Source: Dehalococcoidia bacterium (GTDB lineage: Bacteria; Chloroflexota; Dehalococcoidia; Bin125). From it: a stretch of 64,000 nucleotides of DNA. Below are positions 47,241 through 57,506 of this stretch, piece by piece (the first letter of the stretch is position 1; each line of letters opens with the position of its first letter). The stretch lies in assembly GCA_963662615.2 (NCBI GenBank), contig CAXXSR010000001.1:288001-352000 (forward strand). The letters run 5' to 3'. The notes under the pieces were generated by a model that did not search any database, was not told the origin of the DNA, and worked only from the letters and a program-made list of their open reading frames with translations. The position numbers and the translations under genes were made by a program.

Positions 47241-48989
47241 TCAGACCCCGGCGGCGCCCGACGGGTCGCTCGCGAGCGCCTTGCGCACGGCCGGCGTCAG
47301 CTCCGAGGCCGGCATGGTCACCGCGGTGTCCTCGTCGCGCCGCTTCAGCTCCACGACCGACGCCTTGAGGTTGCGCGGGCTGATGGTGAGCCGCAGCGGC
47401 ATGCCCAGCAGGTCGGCGTCATTGAACTTGACCCCGGGGCGTTCGTCCCGATCGTCGGTGAGGACGTCGAGGCCGGCGGCCCCCAGGTCGCGTTCGGCCG
47501 CTTCCGCGGCGGCGCGCACCTCGGCGTTGTCCCAGTTGATGCCGACGATGTGTACGTGGTAGGGGGCGAGGCTCGCGGGCCAGCGAATGCCCCGTTCGTC
47601 ATGGTTGGCCTCGATCGCGGCGGCGAGCAGCCGCTCCACGCCGATGCCGTAGCAGCCCATGACGGGCCGGCGACTTTCGCCCTGGGCATCCAGGAACGAC
47701 GCATCCATTTTGTCCGTGTAGATGGTTCCCAAGCTGAAGAGGTGGCCCAGCTCCATGCCCCGCGCCAGCGTCAGCGGCGTCTGACAGCGGGGACAGGGAT
47801 CGCCTGCCCGGACCAAGCCGATGTCCGCCACACTGTCCGCCTGCCAGTCGCGGCCGTAGTTCACGTTGCGGAGGTGCGTGTCCGCTTTGTTCGCGCCGGC
47901 CACGAGATTCGAGGCGGACTCCACGGACAGGTCCGCCACCACCCGCACCCCCTTCAGCCCCAGTGGCGAGGCGAAGCCGGCCGTCCAGCCGGCTTCCTCC
48001 ACCTCGGCGTCGGTCATGGGCCGCACGTCCAAGGCGTTGAGGACGTTGCTGAGCTTGCGTTCGTTCACGTCCAGATCTCCGCGCAGGGCCGCGATGACGG
48101 GCCGCTCGTCCGCCATGTAGAAGACGACCTTGAGCGTCTGGCGCGTGGAGAGGCGGAGGAAGGCCGCCAGGTCCCGGATCGTGGTGATGCCGGGCGTGGC
48201 GATCTCGGCCAGCGGCAGGGGCTCCTCCACGTCAGGCTCGCCGCGGTGGAATTCAGCCCGCTCGGAGTTGGCGGCGTAGTGGCAGCCAGGGCAGCGGACC
48301 ACGGTGTCCTCGCCCACGTCGGTGAGGAAGACGAACTCCTCCGAGATCTTGCCGCCAATGGCGCCGGAGTCCGCCGCGACGGGCACGCTGGGGACGCCAC
48401 AGCGGGCGAAGATGTTGGTGTAGGCCTGGTGCATGGCCTGGTAGGAGCGTTGGAAGCCTTCGTCATCGAGGTCGAACGAGTAGGCGTCCTTCATGGTGAA
48501 CTGGCGCACGCGCACGAGCCCGCCGCGCGGGCGGGGCTCGTCGCGGAACTTGGTCTGGATCTGGTAGAGGCGCCGGGGCAGGTCGCGGTAGGACTGGACG
48601 GAGCGGCGGACGAGGTCGGTGACGGCCTCTTCGTGGGTGGGGGCAAGGACGTACTGGCGCTCGCGCCGGTCCTGGAGGCGGAAGAGCACGGGACCGTAGG
48701 CCTCGGCGCGACCGGTCTCCTGCCACAGCTCGAGCGGCTGCAGGACAGGCATCATCAGCTCCTGCCCGCCGGCCTTGTCCATCTCGTCGCGGATGATCGC
48801 TTCGATCTTCCGCAGCGCGCGCCAGGCGAGGGGCAGGTACGAATACACCCCAGCCGAGAGCTGCATGATCAGCCCGGCCCGCAGGAGCAGCTTGTGGTTG
48901 TCGCTGTCGGCTTCCGCCGGCGCGGTCCGCAGGGTGCGGCCGAACAGCTCGCTCATGCGCTGGGCCCGGCGGGGGGGTGTGCTGATCAC
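47241..48989 (-). CDS. proS: Proline--tRNA ligase (bacterial type, with editing domain)
   Basis: LAPTHEE, YQIQTKFRDEPRPRGG..RVRQFTMKDAYSF, MGCYGIGVER, DDRDERPGVKF. Confidence 0.97.
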   Translation of the reverse strand: MISTPPRRAQRMSELFGRTLRTAPAEADSDNHKLLLRAGLIMQLSAGVYSYLPLAWRALRKIEAIIRDEMDKAGGQELMMPVLQPLELWQETGRAEAYGPVLFRLQDRRERQYVLAPTHEEAVTDLVRRSVQSYRDLPRRLYQIQTKFRDEPRPRGGLVRVRQFTMKDAYSFDLDDEGFQRSYQAMHQAYTNIFARCGVPSVPVAADSGAIGGKISEEFVFLTDVGEDTVVRCPGCHYAANSERAEFHRGEPDVEEPLPLAEIATPGITTIRDLAAFLRLSTRQTLKVVFYMADERPVIAALRGDLDVNERKLSNVLNALDVRPMTDAEVEEAGWTAGFASPLGLKGVRVVADLSVESASNLVAGANKADTHLRNVNYGRDWQADSVADIGLVRAGDPCPRCQTPLTLARGMELGHLFSLGTIYTDKMDASFLDAQGESRRPVMGCYGIGVERLLAAAIEANHDERGIRWPASLAPYHVHIVGINWDNAEVRAAAEAAERDLGAAGLDVLTDDRDERPGVKFNDADLLGMPLRLTISPRNLKASVVELKRRDEDTAVTMPASELTPAVRKALASDPSGAAGV

Positions 48990-49552
48990 GGCGGCGCGGA
49001 AGTCCCTTCGTCACTGTCCATCGGTGCGGTGTCCACCGGCGCAGTGTTCACCGGCGCAGTGTCCACCGGCGCAGTGTCCACAGGCGCAGTGGGGGTTCCG
49101 TTTGAATCTAGCGAAGCGTTGGCTTCGCGGCCAGCGTTGGGTTCGCGGCGAGGGTTGGCGTCGACGGTTGATGCGGGCTTGGGCGGGCGGAAGTCGCCGG
49201 CGATCAGCATGATGGCGCGGACATCGGGCGGCTGCGTCTCTGGCGGAGGGGCGACGCGTAAGCGCCCAAAGCGGTCTCCGAGGGCGTAGGCGTCCCAGAC
49301 CCAGTAGGCGGCGGCGGTGAGGAGGGCCCCGCCGGCCGGCGCCGTGACCATGCTGACGCCGATGCCGGTCCCCGTGTCCAGGCCAAGGACGGGGACGAGC
49401 ACGCCGCCGGCGCCGCCGCCCAGCAGCGCGAAGGGGAGCGCCCAGATGGCCCCGTCCGCGCGCCGGCGCACGCTCCAGGCCAACCAGGGCAGGCCGCCCA
49501 GCACAACCCAAGCGAGGAAGAAGAGCGCGAGGAAGATCGCGTCGAAGAGCAC
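48986..49552 (-). CDS. Hypothetical membrane protein (about 3 TM) with low-complexity tail
   Basis: Hydrophobic Gly-rich N-terminal half; its stop overlaps the proS start; tail carries TAPV(D/N) repeats. Confidence 0.65.
   Translation of the reverse strand: MLFDAIFLALFFLAWVVLGGLPWLAWSVRRRADGAIWALPFALLGGGAGGVLVPVLGLDTGTGIGVSMVTAPAGGALLTAAAYWVWDAYALGDRFGRLRVAPPPETQPPDVRAIMLIAGDFRPPKPASTVDANPRREPNAGREANASLDSNGTPTAPVDTAPVDTAPVNTAPVDTAPMDSDEGTSAPP
49016..49090. repeat. 15-bp in-frame tandem repeat x5
   Basis: GTCCACCGGCGCAGT-like units encoding TAPVD/TAPVN/TAPMD. Confidence 0.9.
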
Positions 49553-49665
49553 GGGGCGTAGGGTAGGGGTTCTGCCGCCGGTGGGCGGAACGGGCGCCGA
49601 CCGTCGTAGCCGTCGCGCTCCCCCCCGTGCGATGATGGCGCCGTGCTTGGCGGAGGCAGCAGCGG

Positions 49666-50796
49666 ATGAAACGGAACCCCACGCGGGCAGTGCGTGTGGG
49701 AGCGGTCACGATCGGCGGGGGGGCGCCGATCGCGGTGCAGTCGATGGCGGCCACCCGCACCCAGGACATCGACGCCACCGTGCGGCAGGTGCAGCTGATG
49801 CGTGAGGCCGGCGCCGATCTGGTCCGCATCGCCGTGGACTCGAAGAAGGACGTGGAAGCGCTGGCAGTGGTGCGGGAGCGCACCAGCGGGCCGCTGTCCG
49901 TTGATCTGCAGGAGAACTACCGCCTGGCGTCGCTGGTGGCGCCGTTCGTGGACAAGCTGCGCTACAACCCCGGCCATCTCCATCACCATGAAAAAGAGAA
50001 GTCCATCCAGGAGAAGGTGGCCTTCATTGCCGAGACGGCCGTGGAGCATGACTGCGCTCTGCGCGTGGGCGTCAACTGCGGGTCGGTGGACCCGCGCATG
50101 CAAGAGCGCTACGGCGACGACCACGTGCAGGCGATCGTGGCGAGCGCGCTGGAACACTGCGCCCTGCTGGACGGACTGGGCTTCGATCGCTATGTGGTCT
50201 CGCTGAAGGATTCCGACTGGCGCAAGGTGGTGGAGGCGAACCGCCGCTTCGCGGCGGAGCGGCCGGAGGTGCCCCTGCACCTGGGCGTGACGGAGGCGGG
50301 GATGCCGCCGGACGGGATCATCAAGACGCGGGTCGCGTTCGAGCAGCTCGTCACGGAGGGGATCGGCGATACGGTGCGGGTGTCGCTGACGGTGCCGTTC
50401 GAGGAGAAGGGGCTGGAGATCGAGGCGGCGCGCGCGATTCTGGCGGACATCGCGGCGGGGCGCTTCCGCTCCGTGCCGGCGTCGCTGGATGAGGGGCTGA
50501 ACATCATCGCCTGCCCGTCCTGCTCGCGCGTGGAGAACGAGGCGTTCGTGGAGCTGGCGCAGGACGTCAAGACGATGACGGCGTACGCCCAGGAGCACGA
50601 CATCACGATTGCGGTGATGGGCTGCCGCGTGAACGGCCCCGGCGAAACGGACGACGCCGATCTGGGGCTGTGGTGCGGGCCGGTCGCGGTGAACCTCAAG
50701 CACGGATCCGAGTCGCTGGGGCAGTTCCCGTATGACGAGATTCTTGACCGGCTGCGGGTGGAGCTGGACCGGCTGATCGTCGCGCGGACGGGGTAG
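49666..50796 (+). CDS. ispG: (E)-4-hydroxy-3-methylbut-2-enyl-diphosphate synthase
   Basis: [58 protein letters not shown]. Confidence 0.95.
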   Translation: MKRNPTRAVRVGAVTIGGGAPIAVQSMAATRTQDIDATVRQVQLMREAGADLVRIAVDSKKDVEALAVVRERTSGPLSVDLQENYRLASLVAPFVDKLRYNPGHLHHHEKEKSIQEKVAFIAETAVEHDCALRVGVNCGSVDPRMQERYGDDHVQAIVASALEHCALLDGLGFDRYVVSLKDSDWRKVVEANRRFAAERPEVPLHLGVTEAGMPPDGIIKTRVAFEQLVTEGIGDTVRVSLTVPFEEKGLEIEAARAILADIAAGRFRSVPASLDEGLNIIACPSCSRVENEAFVELAQDVKTMTAYAQEHDITIAVMGCRVNGPGETDDADLGLWCGPVAVNLKHGSESLGQFPYDEILDRLRVELDRLIVARTG

Positions 50797-50921
50797 AGCC
50801 CCGGTAGGCAGCGCCGCTCGTCGTTCGACTTTTTCGCCCGCGCTCGCGGTTGGTCCGTACCAGGGCAGCGTTCGTGACCGCTCGCGCCAGGGCTTGACGA
50901 TCAGGACGATGTCGGAGCCGC

Positions 50922-52630
50922 TTAACGCAAGGCGCTCTCGCGCTGATGGCGCGGACGATGTCGAAATAGGCCACGACGACGCCCACGATGAGCAGCAGCG
51001 CGAAGCCGGTGAGGTGGACCAGCCCCTCTCGCTCCGGTGAGATGCGCTTGCCGCGACGGGCGATCTCGATCAAGACGAAGACGATGCGGCCGCCGTCGAG
51101 CATGGGCAGCGGCAGGATGTTGAGGATCGCCAGGCTGAGGCTGAGCCACGCCGCCAGCTCGATCAGGCGGAGCCAGCCCGCTTGCTCCACCACCTCGCCC
51201 GTGGCCTGCGCCAGTCCGATAGGGCCCTGGACGCGCAGCCCCTCCCCGCCCGCGATCCAGGAGCGGATGCGGTTGCGAACCACCGTGAGGGTGTTCACCG
51301 TGCGATTCCAGCCGGTCTCCACGGCGGCGAAGAAGCCCTCCCCATGCTTCGTTGTGGCGCCGCTGCGGTTGGCAATGGAGATGCCCGTGGGGCCCTGACG
51401 AATGCTGATCTCCGTGCCGGGCGGGAGGTTCACAAGGTCGATGCCGGCGGCTTGCAGGACGGTCTGGGTTGGGAAGCCGAGGTCCCGCCCCACGCTGACC
51501 GCCGTGTCTCCCGGCTGGATGAGGTAGGATTCGCCGCCGGGCAGGGCGAGGGTCACGCCCGCGGGCAGCGCCACGCCACGGCCCAGGCCGACGGCGCTGA
51601 GCACCTGGCTGGCGGTGAGCCCGAGCGCGTCCGCTACGTCATGGACCGTCTCGCCGGGCTGGACCACGTGCTCCAGGCGCTCCGGCGCCAGCCGCGCGCG
51701 GACCGTGGTGACGAAGGTCTCCGTGACGGTCGTGCGACGCTGCGAGGCGCCTTCCTGCGCCACGTCGCGCTCCACGACGACATCGAGGTCCTCGCCCAGG
51801 TTGAGGTTGATCTGGAGGACAACATCGGGGCCGTTGCGGATCTCCTTCCCGTTGATGCTGACGAAGCGGTCGCCGGGTTGCAGCCCGCTCTGCGACGCGG
51901 GACCGCCCTGGATCACAGAGGTGATCACGGCCGGACCCGCGGAGATGGTCTGCGGGATCAGGGCGGCGATGGCGAAGAGGATGATGGGCAGGATCGCGTT
52001 GACGCCGGCGCCTGCGGCCAAGACGAGAATGCGGATCCGGCGCGGCTTGGCGGCCAGCGAGCGCGGGTCGGGCGTTACCTGGAGGCCGGCGATGCGGCCC
52101 ACGGTCGCAGCGGCGCTCTCGTCTCGCTCCGCGGGAGCGGGCGGCGACGGCGGTGCGTCGGCGTTGGGTTCGCCGACTGCAAGCAGCACGTCCTGTTCAA
52201 CGAGCTGGCTGCCGCTGGGCGCGTCCTCTGGGCGCTCAAGGGTCAGCGCAATGGTCCCCGCGGAGGCGGCGCGTCTCAGCTCCGCGGCGAGCTTCTCCTG
52301 CGAATGGACCGCTTTGTCGTTGACCTTGGTGATCACGTCGCCGGTGGCGATGCCGGCGCGGCCGGCAGCGCCCTGGGCGTTGACCTGACCCACGTACACG
52401 CGCGCGCTCTCTTCGCCGGTGAGGCGCACGAAGCCGCCCAGCGGCAGCCAGTTGATCGAATAGAGGGTCTCGCCGAAACGCTTGCCCCAGATGCGCGGGG
52501 GGAACCCCACGCCGAACTCCTCCACGCGCACGCCCGACAGTTTGGCGACGACGTAGTGGCCCAGCTCGTGCAGGACGACGAGGCCGACCAGGATGCCGAT
52601 GAAGGGAAGGACGGCTTGCAGCACGACCAT
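50922..52630 (-). CDS. rseP: RIP metalloprotease RseP (M50) with two PDZ and two LysM-like domains; probable 1-nt deletion near 50940
   Basis: HELGH, EFGVGFPP, WLPLGGFV, NILPLPMLDGG; downstream of dxr. Adding one G restores the C-terminus DIVRAISGESALR*. Confidence 0.9.
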
Positions 52631-53793
52631 CAGACGCGCACCAAGCAGTCGGCGGCGTAGCGCCGCGCCCAGGCGTCGGCGGCGTCGATGGTCTCCAGGT
52701 CGGGGTCGTCCACGGCCTCGTGGGCGTTCAGCGTCGCCGCAATCATGTCCGCGATCTCCGTGAAGGTGATGCGGCGGTCCAGGTACGCGGACACAGCGAC
52801 TTCGTCGGCCGCCGCCATCACGGCGGGAGCGGTGCCACCCTGGCGCCCGGCCTGCATTGCCAGCTGCAGACAAGGGTAGCGATCGAGGTCAGGGGCTTGG
52901 AAGGTCAGGGTCCCCAGCGCCGCCAGGTCCAGCGGCTCCACCGTGGGCTGGAGCCGGTCAGGGTAGGTGAGGGCGCACTGAATGGGCAGACGCATATCCG
53001 GCTTGCCCAGTTGCGCCTTGACGGAGCCATCCGACATCTCCACCAGGGAATGCACGATGGATTCGGCGTGTTGCAGGACCTCCACGCGCTCGTAGGGCAC
53101 GTCGAAGAGCCAGCGGGCCTCAATGGTTTCCATGCCCTTGTTGAGGAGGGTGGCGCAGTCGATGGTGATCTTCTTCCCCATGTTCCAGGTGGGGTGCTGG
53201 AGCGCGCGCTCCGGGGCCACGTCTGGCAGCGCCTCGAGGGGCAGGTCGCGCAGGGCGCCACCCGAGGCTGTTAAGATGATTCGACGGATCTCGTTCCGTT
53301 CCTCACCCCAAAGGCACTGCCAAATGGCGCTGTGTTCGGAATCGACGGGGCGCAGCTCGCCACCGCCGCGGTCGGCGGCGGCCCGCACCAGATGGCCCGC
53401 CATCACCACGACCTCCTTGTTGGCGAGCGCGACGGCGGTGCCGCGGTCGAGGGCGGTGAGGGTGGGTTCCAGGCCCGCCCGCCCGGCGGTCCCCACCATG
53501 AGCACATCCAGATCGTCGTCGGAGGCCATCTCCTCCATGGTCGCGATGCCGGCGCCGACTTCGGTGGCGATGGCGTGGAGGGTATCGAGGCCGTCGCCGT
53601 GGCGGCCGTCGTTGGCCCAGATGTAGCGGGGCCGGAACTCACGCGCCTGCTGGGCCAGCAGCTCCAGGTTGCGGCCAGCGGCGAGCCCCTGCACCTGGAA
53701 GTGGCCGCGCAGGGTGCGGATCACGTCCAGCGTCTGGGTCCCGATGCTGCCGGTGCTGCCTAGGAGGGTGACGCGGATCAGAGGACGAACCAT
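52630..53793 (-). CDS. dxr: 1-deoxy-D-xylulose-5-phosphate reductoisomerase
   Basis: LGSTGSIG, ALANKE, PVDSEHSAI, HPTWNMGKKITID. Confidence 0.97.
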   Translation of the reverse strand: MVRPLIRVTLLGSTGSIGTQTLDVIRTLRGHFQVQGLAAGRNLELLAQQAREFRPRYIWANDGRHGDGLDTLHAIATEVGAGIATMEEMASDDDLDVLMVGTAGRAGLEPTLTALDRGTAVALANKEVVVMAGHLVRAAADRGGGELRPVDSEHSAIWQCLWGEERNEIRRIILTASGGALRDLPLEALPDVAPERALQHPTWNMGKKITIDCATLLNKGMETIEARWLFDVPYERVEVLQHAESIVHSLVEMSDGSVKAQLGKPDMRLPIQCALTYPDRLQPTVEPLDLAALGTLTFQAPDLDRYPCLQLAMQAGRQGGTAPAVMAAADEVAVSAYLDRRITFTEIADMIAATLNAHEAVDDPDLETIDAADAWARRYAADCLVRV

Positions 53794-54614
53794 TGCACAA
53801 AGAAGTATACCGTTGGCACCCCGAGCAGAAGGCTGTCAAGCCGGTCCAGCACGCCCCCGTGCCCGGGAACGAGGTGCGAGAAGTCCTTCACCTGCAAGGC
53901 GCGCTTGACCACCGACCCCGTGAGGTCGCCGATCACCGCGACCGCGGGCAGCACCAGGCCCAGCAGGGCCATCTTCCAGAACGGCTGCTGGAGATCGGGG
54001 AGGAGGAGGTTGATCAGCACGACCGCCGCGAAGCCGAAAGCCAGGCCCCCCGCGGCCCCCTCCAGGGTCTTGCCAGGACTGATGCGCGGCGCCAGCTTGT
54101 GCACGCCGCCGAGGCTCCCGACCGCATAGGCGCCGGTGTCCGCGGCCATGACGGAGAAGGCGGCGAGCAGGAGCCACTCCAGGCCCTGGTCCAACTCCCG
54201 CAGGAGGATGAAATAGCTGCCCAACCAGCCGACGTAGGCCAGCGCCACGATGCCCGAGGCGGTGCGCGTGTAGGCGGTGGCGAGGGGGCGTGCGCCGCCG
54301 CCGCGCCGCGCCGCCCAGCCCTCTTCGACGGCGGGGGTGGCGACGACGGCGATCAGCGCGGCGGTGAAGGGCCAGGCGGTGGGGACGTCGTCGATCAGCG
54401 CCACGGCGACCATTGCGGCGGCGCCGGCGGCGGCGAGCCAGGGGACGGGGTCGCGAAGGCCGAGGCCCATGCCCGCGGCCAGCTCGTAGACCGCCACCGC
54501 CAGCAGCAGCGCCACGAAGGCGGCGAGGTAGGGGCCGCCCTCCCGGATCAAGATGACGACGACGGGGGCGGCCACGGCGCCGGTCAGGAGGCGCCGCGCC
54601 AACTGGGAGGCCAC
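53778..54614 (-). CDS. cdsA: Phosphatidate cytidylyltransferase
   Basis: DTGAYAVG, ISPGKTLEG, GDL..S.VKR...KDFSHLVPGHGGVLDRLDS. Confidence 0.95.
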   Translation of the reverse strand: MASQLARRLLTGAVAAPVVVILIREGGPYLAAFVALLLAVAVYELAAGMGLGLRDPVPWLAAAGAAAMVAVALIDDVPTAWPFTAALIAVVATPAVEEGWAARRGGGARPLATAYTRTASGIVALAYVGWLGSYFILLRELDQGLEWLLLAAFSVMAADTGAYAVGSLGGVHKLAPRISPGKTLEGAAGGLAFGFAAVVLINLLLPDLQQPFWKMALLGLVLPAVAVIGDLTGSVVKRALQVKDFSHLVPGHGGVLDRLDSLLLGVPTVYFFVQWFVL

Positions 54615-54698
54615 GATCTGCGTCCAGGCGGCCCCGTGCGCGGACCGGCCGACCCTGACGTGTCGGGACAGAGGGGCGGGCAGGGACAGAGGCACGGG

Positions 54699-55472
54699 CT
54701 AGCGCCCGTTTCCGTTGTTGGCGCCGGTGTCGCCACCGGGTTGGTCGGGGCGGGCCGCCGCGAGGCCGCCGAACTTGCGCAGTCGCTGCGCGTAGGAGGT
54801 CAGCGCTGCGTCCACGTCGGCTTCGGCGAAGTCGGGCCAGTAGGTGGGGGTGAAGTAATACTCGGCGTAGGCCGCTTGCCAGATGAGGAAGTTGGAGACG
54901 CGCAGTTCACCGCCGGTGCGGATGATCAGGTCGGGATCCGGCAGCCCCTCGGTATAGAGGTAGCGGCCGATCGTCTGCTCCGTGATCTGGTCGGTGGCGA
55001 TGCCGTCGTCGACGATGCGCCGGACGGCGTCGACGACCTCGGCGCGGCCGCCGTAGTTGAAGGCCACACAGACGGTCATCTTGGTATTGTCCCGGGTCAG
55101 CTCCACGGCCTTCTTGATCTCCCGCCGGAGCGGCGGCTCCAAGCGCTCCAGGCGGCCGATGTAGCGCAGGCGCACGCCGGCCTCATGGAGGGGCTCCACC
55201 TCCCGGCGGATGGTGCGAGAGAGGATGTGCATGAGGCCGCGCACTTCCTGTATGGGCCGGCGCCAGTTCTCCGTGGAGAAGGCAAAGAGGGTGAGGACCT
55301 GCACGCCGCGGTCGGCGAAGGCCTGCACAACCAGGCGGATGTTTTCCGTGCCGGCGCTGTGGCCGTCGGCGCGGGAGAGTCCGCGCGCCGCCGCCCAGCG
55401 GCCGTTGGCGTCCATGATCACGGCTACGTGCCGCGGGACGGCGTCGGAACGAGAGACGGGGGATGCGACCAC
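54699..55472 (-). CDS. uppS: Undecaprenyl/polyprenyl diphosphate synthase (cis-prenyltransferase)
   Basis: HVAVIMDANGRWA, AFSTENW, NYGGR, DLIIRTGGE.RVSNFLIWQ. Confidence 0.96.
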   Translation of the reverse strand: MVASPVSRSDAVPRHVAVIMDANGRWAAARGLSRADGHSAGTENIRLVVQAFADRGVQVLTLFAFSTENWRRPIQEVRGLMHILSRTIRREVEPLHEAGVRLRYIGRLERLEPPLRREIKKAVELTRDNTKMTVCVAFNYGGRAEVVDAVRRIVDDGIATDQITEQTIGRYLYTEGLPDPDLIIRTGGELRVSNFLIWQAAYAEYYFTPTYWPDFAEADVDAALTSYAQRLRKFGGLAAARPDQPGGDTGANNGNGR

Positions 55473-55473
55473 C

Positions 55474-56046
55474 CTAGACCTCCAGCAGCTCGCGTTCCTT
55501 GTCGCTGCCCTCGCGGCCAATCCGGGCAACGTGATCCTGGGTTATCTTATCGAGCGCCTCGTGGGCGCGATGCTCCTGGTCCTGGGAGATGTCATTGGCG
55601 CGCTCCAGCTTGCGCAGCTCCTCCAGCACATCGCGGCGGACGTTGCGCACGGCCACGCGGGCGACTTCCGCTTTCTGGCCCACTTGCTTGACGAGTTGGA
55701 GCCGGCGCTCTTCGGTGAGCTCGGGGATGGGCAAGCGGATGAGGACGCCGTCGCTCTGCGGGTTGAGCCCCAGCTCCGAGCGCTGAATGGCCCTGGTGAT
55801 GGGATCGACGGCGTTCTTATCCCAGGGCTGGATCACGATCAGGCGCGCCTCAGGGGCGCTGATGTTGGCCAACTGGTTCAGGGCCATGGAGGTCCCGAAG
55901 TAGTCGATCGGGAGCTGGTCGACTAGGGAGGGGTGGGCCCGCCCCGTGCGGACCGACTGGAGGTCGCGCTGGTAGACCTTGACGGCCGTCTGCATGCGAC
56001 TGCCGGCGTCAGCGAGAGCGAGTTCGGTGAGGTCGTCATCGGCCAT
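55474..56046 (-). CDS. frr: Ribosome recycling factor
   Basis: VRTGRA, IQPWD, LGLNP, LTEERR, VRNVRRD. Confidence 0.96.
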   Translation of the reverse strand: MADDDLTELALADAGSRMQTAVKVYQRDLQSVRTGRAHPSLVDQLPIDYFGTSMALNQLANISAPEARLIVIQPWDKNAVDPITRAIQRSELGLNPQSDGVLIRLPIPELTEERRLQLVKQVGQKAEVARVAVRNVRRDVLEELRKLERANDISQDQEHRAHEALDKITQDHVARIGREGSDKERELLEV

Positions 56047-56117
56047 GGGTTGCCCCGGTGGAGCGGTCGGCGTTGGCCGGCTGCGCGAGCGCTGGGGGGC
56101 GCGGGCCGCCGTTGCTG

Positions 56118-56870
56118 CTAGCCGTTCGCGTCCGCCAGGCGCGTATCCACGGCGCCGATCAGGGTACCGCCGGCATCTCCCCGCACCGCCTGCACGATAG
56201 CGTCCGCGGGGGCGATATCAAAGACCAAGATGGGCAGGCCGTTCTCCTCGCACAGCGAGAGCGCCGCCGTGTCCATGATCACGCCCAGGTTCTGGTTGAT
56301 GGCGTCGCGGTAGCTGATGCGCTCGTAGCGTTGGGCGCCGGGGTCGGTGGCCGGGTCGGCGGTGTAGACGCCGTCGACGCCGGTCTTGGCCATCAGCAGG
56401 CGGTCGGCGCGCATCTCCACGCCGCGCAGGGCGGCGGCGGTGTCGGTGGTGACGTAGGGGTTGCCGGTGCCGGCGACGAACAGCACCACGCGCCCTTTTT
56501 CCAGATGCCGGATGGCGCGGCGGCGGATGTACTGCTCGGCCACCTGCGCCACGCCGATGGCGGACATGGTCCGCACTTCCAGCCCCTCGCGCTCCAAGGC
56601 ATCTTGCAGGGCCAGGCCGTTGATGATGGTGGCGAGCATGCCGGCGTAGTCGGCGGTGGCGCGGTCCATGCCGGCCTCCGCCGCGGTGCGCCCGCGAAAG
56701 AGATTGCCGCCGCCGACCACCAGCGCCAGTTGATGGCCTTGCTGGTGGCACTGGGCGATCTGGGCGGCGATGCCCTGCAGCGTGGCCGGGTCCAGCCCAA
56801 ATTGGCGATCGCCCAAGAGCGCTTGCCCGCTGATCTTGAGGAGGGCGCGGCCGCGGTGCTGGGTGGTCAC
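56118..56870 (-). CDS. pyrH: UMP kinase
   Basis: LKISG, VVGGGNLFRG, GMLAT, GTGNPYVTTD, VDGVY. Confidence 0.96.
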   Translation of the reverse strand: MTTQHRGRALLKISGQALLGDRQFGLDPATLQGIAAQIAQCHQQGHQLALVVGGGNLFRGRTAAEAGMDRATADYAGMLATIINGLALQDALEREGLEVRTMSAIGVAQVAEQYIRRRAIRHLEKGRVVLFVAGTGNPYVTTDTAAALRGVEMRADRLLMAKTGVDGVYTADPATDPGAQRYERISYRDAINQNLGVIMDTAALSLCEENGLPILVFDIAPADAIVQAVRGDAGGTLIGAVDTRLADANG

Positions 56871-56895
56871 TGCCGGCGTCTCTGTCCCCCCACGC

Positions 56896-57402
56896 TCAGA
56901 CCGGCTCGGCCAGTTCGAAGCGGATGAAGCGTCGGACCTCGATCTTCTCGCCGGTGCTGGCCACGGTCTCGTTGATGCGGTCCTGCACGGTCTTGTTCGG
57001 GTCCTTGATGAAGAGCTGGGCTAGCAGGGCCAGTTCTTCGGGAGAGTCCTGGTCGTCCGCCGGCAGATCCTCAGGCTTGACAGCGCGGGGACCCATGGAA
57101 GCGACCTGCATGGCGATGTCATGCACCAGCGTCTTGAACTCGTCCGTGCGCGCCACGAAGTCCGTCTCGCAGTTGACTTCCACCAGGGCGCCGATGCGGC
57201 CGAGGTGAATGTAGGCCTCCACCAACCCTTCGCGGGCTTCATGATCCGCCCGCTTCGCCGCGGTGATCCCGCCCACCTGCCGCAGGTGCGCCTTGGCCTT
57301 GTCGAGGTCGCCGTTGGCGTTGGCGAGGGCGTTGCGGCAGTCCATCACGCCGGCCCCGGTCTCGTCCCGCAGCGCCTTAATGTCTTCAATTGAGACGGGC
57401 AT
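56896..57402 (-). CDS. tsf: Elongation factor Ts (short form, 168 aa)
   Basis: LRDETGAGVMDC, EVNCETDFVAR, GEKIEVRRF. Confidence 0.96.
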   Translation of the reverse strand: MPVSIEDIKALRDETGAGVMDCRNALANANGDLDKAKAHLRQVGGITAAKRADHEAREGLVEAYIHLGRIGALVEVNCETDFVARTDEFKTLVHDIAMQVASMGPRAVKPEDLPADDQDSPEELALLAQLFIKDPNKTVQDRINETVASTGEKIEVRRFIRFELAEPV

Positions 57403-57506
57403 GCCGCAGTCTCCTTCCTCTGCTGCCGTGGGGATCTCCTCCGGCGGGCGTTACAGCCCGACGACGCGGCACCGCCGCTCGGCAGCCCGACGAGGCGGCA
57501 GCGCCG

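Noticed and set aside
50696-50940. Long C-terminal extension of RseP overlapping ispG (725-aa ORF in the track)
   Set aside because: Adding one G restores a typical ending (ISGESALR*) at 50922; the extension is low-complexity and antisense to ispG.
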